Assembly: GCA_029855935.1 (NCBI GenBank)
Contig: JAGSHN010000003.1
Coordinates: forward strand, 1-61,690
Reading direction: 5' to 3'
Length of the DNA stretch: 61,690 nt
Source: Candidatus Thorarchaeota archaeon
GTDB taxonomy: Archaea > Asgardarchaeota > Thorarchaeia > Thorarchaeales > Thorarchaeaceae
Positions 40,485-50,304 of this stretch are shown one piece after another (the stretch's first letter is position 1; each line of letters begins with the position of its first letter). The position numbers were made by a program, and so were the translations under genes. A model generated the notes under the pieces. It had not been told where the DNA came from and did not search any database. It was given only the letters and a program-made list of their open reading frames with translations.

Positions 40485-41909
40485 TTGGAGTCGGATGATT
40501 CTGGACGCATCGTTCTCAGGACGCCCTATGACGAGCTGATTCCACAGGTGTCAGACCCCGCAGCCGCCTTCTATCTCGATGTGATTCGTGTGTATCTCGC
40601 CCTGTGCGAGGGGCTTATCTCCCTCGAGGAGGCGCAGCGCCTGTCGGCAATCCTCCGAGAGGATCCGGAGTACGCGAAGCACCCCATTGATCCCAGCCTT
40701 CTTCCAGTGTCCTCGGCTCTGAAGAACAGGCTGATAGAGAATCTCCAGACTCTGAAGAGATACAATCTATACAGCGTTGATGCAATCAGGTCCGCCTATG
40801 GCTTCTCCTTCATGCTCACGGACGCGCCGATGACACAACAGGACTTCAGCCTACTCCGACTCCTCGCCGACGACCCACTGATTCACGTGACGAAGGCAGC
40901 ACGTCAGCTAGGGGTGACGAATCACATAGTCTCGCAGTCCATGCGCCGCCTCCGCGAACGCAACGGCCTACGCTTCTCCGCGCTCGTTGATACCACTGCC
41001 TTTGGCATCAACTCATTCATGCTTTTCTTCAAGACCCAGCCCGATGTGGACTGGTCCGCTGTGGAGACCGGTCTGGCGGAGTTCCCCTTCACAAAGAGTA
41101 TTCTCAAGACCACTATGTCGAACACTGGCTACGCGTCGTTTCTCTTCCCAGGCGGCGAGGAACGGGTCAGGCAGTTCCGTCGTGGCATCGCACGTCTTGT
41201 CGGAGAGGTCTTCGAATTCGCGACTCTTCACAGTCAGACGGGAATGATGCGTGGACTGAACCTCTCCCTCTATGACCTGCGCTCTTGGCAACTGCCCGAG
41301 GAGTTTGAGGGTCTGCTCGACCTCTCCGTACCTCCACCGTCAGACGGATTGCCCAAGGTGCTGTGGTGCAGAGGGCCACGCTATACCACTCTTCAGGCGA
41401 TAGACTTCATGATTGTCTCTCAGCTACGCGTCAACAGCCGAATGACAACGACGCAGATACGCGAGCGCCTCCGACTGATGGGCGTGGACATAGGTCCTCG
41501 CCCCCTGATGGCCTCACTGCGCCGTGTGCGGAGTCCGCGTCTGATGCGACCGTTCATCGCGTTTGGTGGGGTTGGTCTGTCGACGAACTTCTGCTTTGAG
41601 ATAGTGTGCAACTCGCAGTGGCAGAAGCGTGTACTGTCCTTTGTCCCCCTGTTGCCGGCCTCTCTGGTGTATGTGTCGGACAAGGGTCTTGTGATCTGGA
41701 TGGACGTGCCATCTGAACATCAGACGTGGTACTATCGTGTGATTCGGTCGCTTCAGGAACAAGACGGTGTGGACCTCGTGCAGCCCATAATGATGGTCAG
41801 TCAGTACGGCTCGCGCTCTATGGACGACCTGACACGTCACTGGCGGGCCACTCGCGACGGTTGGTATGTCGACCCAGACATGCTCGACCTGTCTCGGTAC
41901 GTGTTCTGA
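40485..41909 (+). CDS. Tandem (wHTH + Lrp/AsnC-like) x2 protein with N-terminal extension; paralogue of the upstream gene
   Basis: HTH TKAARQLGVTNHIVSQSMRRL; shares LNL.L(F/Y)D...W and P(Y/F)....VGL with the upstream gene. Confidence 0.6.
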   Translation: MESDDSGRIVLRTPYDELIPQVSDPAAAFYLDVIRVYLALCEGLISLEEAQRLSAILREDPEYAKHPIDPSLLPVSSALKNRLIENLQTLKRYNLYSVDAIRSAYGFSFMLTDAPMTQQDFSLLRLLADDPLIHVTKAARQLGVTNHIVSQSMRRLRERNGLRFSALVDTTAFGINSFMLFFKTQPDVDWSAVETGLAEFPFTKSILKTTMSNTGYASFLFPGGEERVRQFRRGIARLVGEVFEFATLHSQTGMMRGLNLSLYDLRSWQLPEEFEGLLDLSVPPPSDGLPKVLWCRGPRYTTLQAIDFMIVSQLRVNSRMTTTQIRERLRLMGVDIGPRPLMASLRRVRSPRLMRPFIAFGGVGLSTNFCFEIVCNSQWQKRVLSFVPLLPASLVYVSDKGLVIWMDVPSEHQTWYYRVIRSLQEQDGVDLVQPIMMVSQYGSRSMDDLTRHWRATRDGWYVDPDMLDLSRYVF

Positions 41910-42001
41910 TGTTGAAGCGATTGTGCGCCCTCTATCACTGGCCTATACATAGAGGTCACACGACGGAGAGCGGTCAGCGTAGTTGGATTGATGGTGGGCC
42001 A

Positions 42002-42664
42002 CTAGTTGTCCTGCGATATCTCAAGACGGGGACGTAGATGAAACCTGCGTGCGATCTTCCCGCCGGGAGGTGGTGGAGCGGCCTCCTCGACGGACTCGAC
42101 CAGCACCTCTCTCTTTCCGACGGTCTTGAACCCGTAGCTCGTGATCAGCATCCGAGACGGCCAGTTCTCCTCATAGACCTCACAGTAGACCTCCTCGACT
42201 CCGGCATCGAGAAAGTACTCGACGGCGCGCTGGATGAGCGCAGTGGCGACACCCCTTCGTCGTCGTGAGGGAAGCACACCGAGTCCGGTGATCTCGCCAT
42301 AGACGGAGCCGTCCTCTCTGTCGCGCTCCACAAAGCAGGCGATGAATCCCACAGGCTGACCAAACATCTCTGCGATAAAGATTCCCTCGGTGTCGAGCTT
42401 CTGTGCATCCTCCACCGTCAGAGGTGCGAACGGGTCGGGCGAGGCGATGAAACAGCGATTGTACAGATCGACGAACATCTCGATCTCATCGGGACGGAGA
42501 GGGCGCACCTTGACGTACTTCGGCACGGGCTTGTGTTCCCACCACTCTCGCGCGAGTTCCAGTGCCTCCTCGGCCTCTGCTCTCATCACGAGGTAGGCGC
42601 GTCGGGTGACACGCCGCCGTGATGCGCCATCAGAATCATCTGCATCCATGATTATGACCGTCAT
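42002..42664 (-). CDS. GNAT family N-acetyltransferase
   Basis: LGVLPSRRRRGVATAL, EVYEEN.PS......GF. Confidence 0.88.
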   Translation of the reverse strand: MTVIIMDADDSDGASRRRVTRRAYLVMRAEAEEALELAREWWEHKPVPKYVKVRPLRPDEIEMFVDLYNRCFIASPDPFAPLTVEDAQKLDTEGIFIAEMFGQPVGFIACFVERDREDGSVYGEITGLGVLPSRRRRGVATALIQRAVEYFLDAGVEEVYCEVYEENWPSRMLITSYGFKTVGKREVLVESVEEAAPPPPGGKIARRFHLRPRLEISQDN

Positions 42665-42728
42665 AGAATAGTGTCATCGGAGTTAATTCTTCCCCTGTCG
42701 TTCTCTCAGGGGACCATGGGAGAGACTC

Positions 42729-43514
42729 TCACAGTCCGTTCATCTGTTCGCGCCTGCCGACCAGCCTCTCAATGGCGACAGCAGTGGCATCGATGGACTT
42801 CTCGACCGCCTCGATGAGTAGTGGGTGCTGCTCTCCAGTCTTCTCGGTTTCGTCGCTCTGCTCGCCCTTCTGCTCTCCGTGCAGGTTGCCGTCCACTGCA
42901 AGGATGGATGCTGCCTCGAGACCACGCGTGCTGGCAAAGACATAGAGCAGAGAACTCTCCATCTCCACGCACTTCACGCCGAGCCGTGTCCAGAGATCGA
43001 GTGGGTTCGACTCCGGCGATACGTAGTAGACATCGCTGGTCCAGCAGATGCCCTTGTGGACCCTCTCAGCGGGTAGCATCTCGCTGATGGCTCGGTACAA
43101 CTCCTGCTGCCAAGAGGGCGTGGCCACCGCCGGATACTCGATGGGGGCGTAGTTCAGGCTGGTGCGCTCGTCACGGATGCAGCCCGTCGGGACGACCACA
43201 TCACCAGTCCTGACGGAGAGGTCGATACCGCCACAGGATCCCAACCTGATGATCGTCCTCGCCCCGAGACGTGCAAGCTCCTCGATACAGATGTGCGTCG
43301 AGGGTGTGCCTATGCCTGTCCCGGAGATTGTGACCGCCACTCCTCCTGGAGTGTATGCGCGGTATGTGACGAACCCGCGATACTGAGCGACCCTCTCAGG
43401 GTCTCTCAGATGCTGCGCAATGACTGGCACCCGGTCGGGATTTCCAGTGATGATGGCAATCTCCTCGACATCGCCCTCTCCTACGCGGAGGTGGGGCTGT
43501 ATTCTGCGCCTCAT
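42729..43514 (-). CDS. Nucleoside (uridine-type) phosphorylase, PNP/UDP family
   Basis: QPHL, GNPDRV, GIG.PS..I..EEL, IR.GSCG, VEMES. Confidence 0.9.
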   Translation of the reverse strand: MRRRIQPHLRVGEGDVEEIAIITGNPDRVPVIAQHLRDPERVAQYRGFVTYRAYTPGGVAVTISGTGIGTPSTHICIEELARLGARTIIRLGSCGGIDLSVRTGDVVVPTGCIRDERTSLNYAPIEYPAVATPSWQQELYRAISEMLPAERVHKGICWTSDVYYVSPESNPLDLWTRLGVKCVEMESSLLYVFASTRGLEAASILAVDGNLHGEQKGEQSDETEKTGEQHPLLIEAVEKSIDATAVAIERLVGRREQMNGL

Positions 43515-43592
43515 CTCTCTACGACCTCACTCTCGGTGAACGGCCCGCCCTAAGACGGACATCTCACACGGACCACTCGATGCACTCGTTGC

Positions 43593-44309
43593 TCACTTTT
43601 GACCCTTGCGCTCCGTGGCGGAGAGCGACAGGCGAGAGACACACATCTCCGCTAGTGGACATCTGTGACATCGTGGTCGACGGCGGAGACACACCTCTGC
43701 GACAAGGTCGATGATGCCCCAGTATAGACGCGGGTCGTGGTCTGGTGCCCCGAGGATGGCCATGAAGTGCCAAGCACGTTCGTCATCAGGTCCGGCAAGG
43801 TCGACACCGAAGACGCGTCTGAGGAGGTGGACTACGTTACCATCGACAAGTGGCACGCCCTCCTGAAACGCAAAATTGAGGACTGCCGCCGCGCCGTAGC
43901 GCCCAAGGCCGGGCAGTGACTCCAACTCCGAACGCGTCCTCGGGACACGACCCCCGTGCTGTTCGACGATCAGCCGGGCGGTCTCCTGCAGATGGCGGGC
44001 ACGAAGGTTCTGCAGGCCCAGTGACGCGACCAGCGATCTCACCTCAGCGGGCCGGGCGCGCATCAATGACTGCGCGTCGGGAAAGCGCTCCAGAAGGGTA
44101 TGGTAGACCCGTGAGACAGCTCTCGCAGTCGTCCGACGGAGCAGCATCTCGGCAATCAGCACTTGATAGGGGTCCGTTGTCGTGCGCCAGGGGAGCCGCC
44201 GGCCCCTCTTGTCATACCAGCCGATTATGGCCTCGCGGACTCGGGAGAGGGTCTCCCTGTCGAGGGCAGATATGATGGTGTCTCCCTCTTGGTCATCATC
44301 ATCGCTCAT
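43593..44309 (-). CDS. HhH-GPD mismatch glycosylase, MIG (T/U:G) subtype rather than MutY
   Basis: LPWR, EMLLRRT (MIG-type; MutY has LLQQT), LPGLGRY, VDGNV, C..RRP.C..CP....C; no MutT-like C-terminal domain. Confidence 0.75.
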   Translation of the reverse strand: MSDDDDQEGDTIISALDRETLSRVREAIIGWYDKRGRRLPWRTTTDPYQVLIAEMLLRRTTARAVSRVYHTLLERFPDAQSLMRARPAEVRSLVASLGLQNLRARHLQETARLIVEQHGGRVPRTRSELESLPGLGRYGAAAVLNFAFQEGVPLVDGNVVHLLRRVFGVDLAGPDDERAWHFMAILGAPDHDPRLYWGIIDLVAEVCLRRRPRCHRCPLAEMCVSRLSLSATERKGQK

Positions 44310-44853
44310 TGTACATCTCTCTCAGGCGACTGACGAGTTCCTCTACACTGCCGACGACAGTCACCCCCTCCATCATCCTGAGGCGCTCCACATTCTCAAG
44401 GTCCACCTGCCGAGTGCGGATTGTGAACCGTGTTCCGTCCGGAGCCTCTGTCTCAACGGTGCCTGGACGCTGGTCCACTGGCAGGAGCAGCACTGGTGTC
44501 GTCCCCTTCAGCGTCTGTGCCACTGCATTCGTCAGCAGCGTGTCCTCGATTCCGTGGGCAATCTTTGCCGCAGAGTTCGCCGTCAGCGGTGCCACAACAA
44601 GGACATCATACTTTCCGACCTGCAGCGGTCCAGCAATGAAGGGGACATTGGCGTCCACCTCGACCTTCACACGGTCGAACTTGGCGTGCAGGTCGTCCCA
44701 CAGGCGATACCAGTGGAGTACTTGCCGACCAGCCCGCGAGACGAAGACATCGATACGAGCGCCGGTCTCCGAGTGGAAACGATGCATCGCCTCGATTGTC
44801 TCGCGGAGCAGGTCACCAGCACCAGTTATTCCCCAGGCAACTCTCAATACCAC
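44299..44853 (-). CDS. afpA: Archaeoflavoprotein AfpA (HFCD flavoprotein)
   Basis: VAWGITGAG, LQVGKYD.LVVAP.TANS.AKIA.GI.DTL.TN, LPVDQ. Confidence 0.85.
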   Translation of the reverse strand: MVLRVAWGITGAGDLLRETIEAMHRFHSETGARIDVFVSRAGRQVLHWYRLWDDLHAKFDRVKVEVDANVPFIAGPLQVGKYDVLVVAPLTANSAAKIAHGIEDTLLTNAVAQTLKGTTPVLLLPVDQRPGTVETEAPDGTRFTIRTRQVDLENVERLRMMEGVTVVGSVEELVSRLREMYNER

Positions 44854-45039
44854 TCACCGTCTCTGCACGATGACACATCCCAGTCGCAAGATAATAGTCT
44901 GGTGGAACAGAAGACTATTGTGCCTCCGTCACCCAGACTTGATTGGGCAGCCCAATCATCAGCAGACTATAGGCCTTGTTCGGCGCGTCGCATCAGAAGA
45001 GGGCCGGATGTCGGGCCGCCCCCTGGGAGGACGCCAGAG

Positions 45040-46032
45040 ATGACTGGCTACCGCGTTAGTATCGGACTGACAACGGGGATGAGCAACAGGACGGTCACAT
45101 GGCTGATCAACAATGCAGAGTCTATGGGCGCAGATGGCATCTGGATCGGAGAGGACATCGGCCGGGGCCACGACATCTTTGTCCTCACGGCCCTCATACT
45201 GGCATCGACACATGCCTGCAGAGTGGGAACTGCCATCGTGCCGGTGGCCACTCACCCGGTCTTGGAGCTCGGCAGGGCAGCATACTCCCTTCAGGCCATT
45301 GCTCCAGACCGCTTTGTCCTCGGTCTCGGACTGGGCGGTGTAGAGGACCTACAGAGGAGAGGTATCCGTATTCGTAGGCCAGTCACGCTTCTCCGAGAGG
45401 TCGTCACCACCCTCCGACAACTCTGGGCGGACGAACAGGTGAGCATCGATCTTGAGAGTGAGGGGCATGTGGAAGGCCGCCTCGGCGTCAGACCGCTGAA
45501 CCGGACATGTCCTGTGTTTCTGGGTGTCAGGGGTCCACAGATGCTCAGGCTGGCGGGGGCTCTTGCAGACGGTGTCATCCTCTCCGGTCCCGTCGGGTAT
45601 CTTGCAGAGGCAGTCAGGACCGTCAGAGGTGCAGCAAGGACGGCAGGCAGAGCAGAGGCGGATGTGGAGACGGTGGCGTGGCTTCCCACCATAATGGGGC
45701 GTCAGGACAGGAGGTCAAGACTGGCACGGATTGTCGTGGCCACCATAATTGCCGATACACCACCCAGTGTACTGAGCGACACCGACCTTGACCCCGAGGC
45801 GCTCGCGCGTGTTCAGCAGGCCGTTCGCAACAGCGGTCCCGAGGCTGGTGCGGAGCACGTCACGGAGGAGATGGTGAGCACCTTTGCCATCGCGGGGTCT
45901 GTTGACGACTTTCTTGATGCATTCGAGACTCTGCATAGCATCGGTATCACGGAGATCGTTGTCGGGCCACCCTTCTCAAAGGACTGGAGAATGGCAATGA
46001 CTGATGTCCTCCACGCCGCAAGAGGACGGTAG
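45040..46032 (+). CDS. Luciferase-like (LLM) F420/flavin-dependent oxidoreductase, Mer-like
   Basis: GIWIGED, VGTAIV...HP, RFVLGLG.G, G.RGPQML.LAG..ADGVIL. Start ATG 45040. Confidence 0.82.
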   Translation: MTGYRVSIGLTTGMSNRTVTWLINNAESMGADGIWIGEDIGRGHDIFVLTALILASTHACRVGTAIVPVATHPVLELGRAAYSLQAIAPDRFVLGLGLGGVEDLQRRGIRIRRPVTLLREVVTTLRQLWADEQVSIDLESEGHVEGRLGVRPLNRTCPVFLGVRGPQMLRLAGALADGVILSGPVGYLAEAVRTVRGAARTAGRAEADVETVAWLPTIMGRQDRRSRLARIVVATIIADTPPSVLSDTDLDPEALARVQQAVRNSGPEAGAEHVTEEMVSTFAIAGSVDDFLDAFETLHSIGITEIVVGPPFSKDWRMAMTDVLHAARGR

Positions 46033-46216
46033 GACTCATCCGCCTCAACGTATTGTCCCACCCCCTATGTTCGTGTAGCTCTCCCCCGCTCTCTGGCGTC
46101 ACACCCTCTGTCTCGTTCACTAACCTAAAAAGGGGAGGTGTCCCCGTGAGGGCTGTTGGCCGTGGGAGTGGTGCCCCAGCGGCGTCCCTCTTCACCGGGG
46201 CGAGGAGAAAAGGTGG

Positions 46217-47461
46217 ATGAGAACTGCTATGCGCGCCTGGGATGTTGTTGTTGTCGGTGCTGGCCCTGCTGGTTCAATTGCCGCCCATGAACTGGCGAAG
46301 CGGGGTGTTCACACACTTCTTCTTGAGAAGTTTCGGTTACCCCGCGACAAGCCCTGCGGTGGCGCCGTGATGTATCGTGGGCTGCGAATAGTCCACAGGG
46401 TCCCCAGACGACTCGTTCAGCGCCCTGTTCACGGTCTCCGTTTTGTGATGCCCGACGGCTCCTCCGCACAATTCAGGTCTGAGCAACTGATTGGGATCAC
46501 CACAAACCGTGCCGAATTTGATGAGTATCTGGCGTATCGGGCCGTCGATGGTGGTGCTGAGCTCCTTGAGGATGCCCGAGTGATCTCTGTCGAGGTGCGA
46601 CCCGACCGTGTCGTCACGCGACTGAGCGATGGTCGCGAGTTCAGCTCGTCATTCGTCATCGGCGCTGACGGCGTCAACACGGTGGTCGGACCGTCGGTTG
46701 GTCTCCGACCCTCTCGCAAGAATCTATACCGTGTTGGTCTGGGCATGGAATCGGACTTTCATGTAGGTGAGGAGAGAGTACTGGAGGCCTCCGGAGGGGA
46801 CCCGACCATCCTTGAGATCCGCCCGGTCGAGAACAGGGTGAGCTACGGCTGGGTCTTCCCAAAGAGAGAGCATCTGGCGATTGGCATTGCGGGTGCTGCA
46901 GTCCATATGCAGCCACTGCGGAGCCTGTTTGACGGCTTTGTCGCTCATCTTGAGAGAGAGTTCGGATTTCCACTGGTGATTGAACGGAGACGCACCCACT
47001 TTCTCGGTGCGGACGGAGTGCGCAACAAGAATGTCACGGGCCGCGTGATTCTCGTTGGTGATGCAGCTGGTTTTGTCGACCCGATGATGGGCGAGGGGAT
47101 TGCCTATGCCATGCAGTCCGGCCTGTTTGCTGCCCGTGTGATGACCGAGGCTCTCGAGCGTGGTCGCTACGACGAGGCGTTTCTGTCGCGCTACGACAGA
47201 CTGTGCCGTGATAGGTTCGGTGCCAACTTCTCGATGGCTGAGTGGGCTGGCACACGTGGCACGTCGTTCGCTGGCTCCGTGCTCCGCGTGGCTGCGGGCC
47301 TGAGGATGTCATCTGACATTCTGGCGATGCTGGCTCGTGGTGACATAGGCTATTCGGACATTCCTCCCGTGGTCCTCAGTCGTCTGCCACGTGAACTCCC
47401 TCATCTGATTGGAGACTATGTCCGGAACCGGCTCCTGCGTCACCGAAAGGATAATGCCTGA
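46217..47461 (+). CDS. Geranylgeranyl reductase family FAD-dependent oxidoreductase
   Basis: VVGAGPAGS, PRDKPCGG, IGADG, YGWVFPK, LVGDAAGFVDP..GEGI.YA. Confidence 0.9.
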   Translation: MRTAMRAWDVVVVGAGPAGSIAAHELAKRGVHTLLLEKFRLPRDKPCGGAVMYRGLRIVHRVPRRLVQRPVHGLRFVMPDGSSAQFRSEQLIGITTNRAEFDEYLAYRAVDGGAELLEDARVISVEVRPDRVVTRLSDGREFSSSFVIGADGVNTVVGPSVGLRPSRKNLYRVGLGMESDFHVGEERVLEASGGDPTILEIRPVENRVSYGWVFPKREHLAIGIAGAAVHMQPLRSLFDGFVAHLEREFGFPLVIERRRTHFLGADGVRNKNVTGRVILVGDAAGFVDPMMGEGIAYAMQSGLFAARVMTEALERGRYDEAFLSRYDRLCRDRFGANFSMAEWAGTRGTSFAGSVLRVAAGLRMSSDILAMLARGDIGYSDIPPVVLSRLPRELPHLIGDYVRNRLLRHRKDNA

Positions 47462-47488
47462 CGCGTGCCCTGACCACCTGACCAAGAG

Positions 47489-48598
47489 ATGCCTCCTCTA
47501 TCCGACCCTGCACCACAACGCATTGTCCCAGAGTCCCTCCACCAGCGACGACCTATCATACTGTCACTGTTGTCGCTCCTACTCCTCCTGACGATGATGA
47601 TCCAGCCCATCACTGGTCCGGCAGGACGCGTCTCCCCTGCTGTTGCAGCAGCCATTCACACTCCTCTCTTCGATGGCGACAGGGCCTACGAACACCTTGT
47701 CCAGCAGTGCGACTTCGGTCCGCGTCCTCCCGGATCGGAGAACCTCTCCCTGTGCCGGCAGTATATTGTCGACAGACTGAGAGATCAGGGCTGGACGGTC
47801 GAGCTACAGAACTTCACCTATCACGAGGTCGCCTGCTCGAATGTCATAGCATATTGGGGGACACGAAACGCCACGTTGATTGTCGGCGCCCACTATGATA
47901 CGCGTCCGGTGGCCGACCACGATCCCGCGCCTGAGAACCGCAGTCGTCCCATCCTTGGGGCCAATGACGGTGCGAGCGGCACAGCGGTGATTCTCGAGCT
48001 GGCACGCATCCTACCAGAGGACATCCGCTCTGATGTTGAGTTCGTCCTCTTCGATGCGGAGGACAGTGGTTACTATCAGGACTGGTCGTGGATTGTCGGC
48101 TCCACACACTACGTGGACGTCATGCCCTCCAATCGGCGCGCTACAGTCCGCGCGATGGTGCTTCTAGATATGGTCGGCGATGCCGAGCTGCGTCTGCCCC
48201 GCGAGGGCTGCTCGACCCGATCCCTACAGGACCAGATCTGGTCCATTGCATCCTCACTCGGCCACGATGATGTCTTCTTGGACACACTCGGTGCCACAAT
48301 TCTTGACGACCACAGACCATTCCTAGACATAGGCATACCCGCTGTCGACATCATACAGCACAACCCCTTCCCGTGGTACTGGCACACCTTGGAGGACACT
48401 CCTGACAAGTGCAGTGCGGATAGTCTGTCTGCGGTCGGCGGCGTAGTCGAGACGTTTCTCGTAGAGACCGCTCACAGCGAGACAACATATCCGCCCAACA
48501 GCCCTCTGTCAGACCTGCCCTATCTCGGCATCCTTGCGGCACCCGTGTTCATCCTCCTCGTCGTCATCGTCGTACGGAGGCGTCGCACATCGCTCTAG
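47489..48598 (+). CDS. Membrane-anchored M28 metallopeptidase / glutaminyl-cyclase-like protein
   Basis: GAHYDTRP, GANDGASG, FDAED, LLDMVG, DDHRPF, WHT.ED; N-terminal signal and C-terminal TM followed by RRRR. Confidence 0.85.
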   Translation: MPPLSDPAPQRIVPESLHQRRPIILSLLSLLLLLTMMIQPITGPAGRVSPAVAAAIHTPLFDGDRAYEHLVQQCDFGPRPPGSENLSLCRQYIVDRLRDQGWTVELQNFTYHEVACSNVIAYWGTRNATLIVGAHYDTRPVADHDPAPENRSRPILGANDGASGTAVILELARILPEDIRSDVEFVLFDAEDSGYYQDWSWIVGSTHYVDVMPSNRRATVRAMVLLDMVGDAELRLPREGCSTRSLQDQIWSIASSLGHDDVFLDTLGATILDDHRPFLDIGIPAVDIIQHNPFPWYWHTLEDTPDKCSADSLSAVGGVVETFLVETAHSETTYPPNSPLSDLPYLGILAAPVFILLVVIVVRRRRTSL

Positions 48599-48653
48599 GC
48601 CGCAAGTGAAATAAGCCGCCGGACAAGATGGGCGCACGCCCTTCCTGCAGCTG

Positions 48654-49562
48654 GTGCCCACAGTGGTGAGTCCGAGCACTCTGTATCGTCCAGCCAGCCT
48701 CAATCCTCCTGCGCTCCTCTGTGTGAGCGTCAGTCCATCGGGCAGACGCGTTGCCTGCGGGTCGGCTGCAGGACGAGTGCTTGTACTCGACCCACGCTCT
48801 CGTAGGCCTAGGCGCGCCCTTGTGGGTCACGATGACATAGTCGTCAGAGTTGCCTTTCTGAAGTCCGATAGGTCGCTGCTCTCTGCGGGCTGGGACGGCA
48901 GTGTGAGGAAGTGGTCGTCCGCACGTGGAACGGAGGGCGCGGTCGCATCACTGACTCACGACTCCCCGGTCAAGTCCCTATACGTCGACCTGGAGGTGCT
49001 ACGGGGGGCTGCTGGCTTTCAGAATGGTCTTGTCAAGGTCTTCACGCTGGACTCGATGAGATGCATCCGAAACGTACAGGCGCACGAACGCGATGTCTCG
49101 GGAGTGGCCCTGCTGAACACGGGTCGTACCCTTCTCACCGCCTCTTGGGACGGTACCTGTCGTGTGTTCGAGCTGGGACGTGAGACCACGCTTGTCCGGG
49201 AGATTCCCGTGGAGTCCCGTGTCCGTGATCTCACGGTCCTTCCTGACGGCACTGGCTGTCTTCTCGGACTGCATAGCGGCCGTGTACTGCGCATTGACCT
49301 CTCCTCTGGTGAGGCGTCGGAGCTCGGCCGACACGCTGATGCAGTGGTCGCACTGACCATCTCTCCCGATGGTGACCTGTTGGCCACGGGTGGCTGGGAC
49401 CGAATGGTGCGTATATGGTCGCTCTCCTCGGGAGAGTGCGTGGCCCGTACACGATGCGTATCCGGTGTCACAGGCCTCGCGTGGTCAGGCGATGGTCGCT
49501 CGCTCTATATCACGAGTCTTGCCGGAATCCTCAGCCGCTGGGACGACCCTGTGTCAGAATAG
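48654..49562 (+). CDS. WD40 repeat beta-propeller protein
   Basis: About 7 blades: GH...V......LLSAGWDGSVRKW, AH...V...LLTASWDGT, H...V....DG.LLATGGWDR.VRIW. Confidence 0.88.
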   Translation: MPTVVSPSTLYRPASLNPPALLCVSVSPSGRRVACGSAAGRVLVLDPRSRRPRRALVGHDDIVVRVAFLKSDRSLLSAGWDGSVRKWSSARGTEGAVASLTHDSPVKSLYVDLEVLRGAAGFQNGLVKVFTLDSMRCIRNVQAHERDVSGVALLNTGRTLLTASWDGTCRVFELGRETTLVREIPVESRVRDLTVLPDGTGCLLGLHSGRVLRIDLSSGEASELGRHADAVVALTISPDGDLLATGGWDRMVRIWSLSSGECVARTRCVSGVTGLAWSGDGRSLYITSLAGILSRWDDPVSE

Positions 49563-49613
49563 GTGTTCTCTTCCTCAGCTGCGCGAGGCGCCGAGCCGAC
49601 TCCCATGCCTCTT

Positions 49614-50165
49614 CTATTGGGTCTGATTGCTCTCGGGGACACGAATGTCGATCTCGACAAATCCCTCGCTACGCCACGTGATGCGTACTCTGTCATGCTG
49701 GCGCCTCCCCGCAGCGAGGTCGGATAGAATGTCTAGGTTCTTGTTGCGGCTTCTCTTGTCAAAGGGTATGGGCATATAGTCACCATTCTCGAGAGCGACG
49801 AGCAGCGCCCTCTCCGTGACTCTCACCAGCGGTGGTGACAGTATCAGCCGGCCCTCTTTGAATCTTGGTCTCTTCTTCCGGGCGCTGATCAACACCCGTG
49901 CCATCTTGCGATGCTCTCCAATTGTGACCCGTGCTGTCTTGACGACATCAGCAAGGTACTCGGGCCGCCTGTCGAACTTCTTCTCAAACTCCTCTCGCAC
50001 GGCCTCGATAGTCTTCGCCGCACTGGTGATGTGTCTCTGCAGGATTGCGCGGATTACAAAGTCCGTCGCCTCAGCGTATCTCTGCAGCTCTCTCCTCAGC
50101 GCCTGCTGCTTCTCCCGTGAGAGAACCACACTGTCAAGCCTAATTATCTGGACCTGAGCGGACAT
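49614..50165 (-). CDS. TnpB/Cas12f-like N-terminal (WED-REC) protein lacking RuvC
   Basis: Residue pattern matches by eye the N-terminal half of IS1341-type TnpB and ends at the 'VPE' boundary before RuvC-I; no IS ends or tnpA seen. Confidence 0.55.
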   Translation of the reverse strand: MSAQVQIIRLDSVVLSREKQQALRRELQRYAEATDFVIRAILQRHITSAAKTIEAVREEFEKKFDRRPEYLADVVKTARVTIGEHRKMARVLISARKKRPRFKEGRLILSPPLVRVTERALLVALENGDYMPIPFDKRSRNKNLDILSDLAAGRRQHDRVRITWRSEGFVEIDIRVPESNQTQ

Positions 50166-50304
50166 TCTCTACCTACACCACTTGTTCCTGCGGCCGTCGT
50201 TCGCGACCACAGACAGGCAGACACACCTAATCAATGTAGTCCTGCAGGTCACTAGGTGAACAACGGGCGCGATGGCGGCGTGGTCACGAGATCCCGCTCA
50301 CGTC

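Noticed and set aside
41942-41955. GCCTATACATAGAG, a partial match to the 30872 palindrome
   Set aside because: Lies between convergent gene ends rather than at a promoter; probably chance.
44182-45039. N-terminal 286 aa of the 616-aa ORF
   Set aside because: Overlaps afpA and the glycosylase on the opposite strand; the LLM protein starts at ATG 45040.
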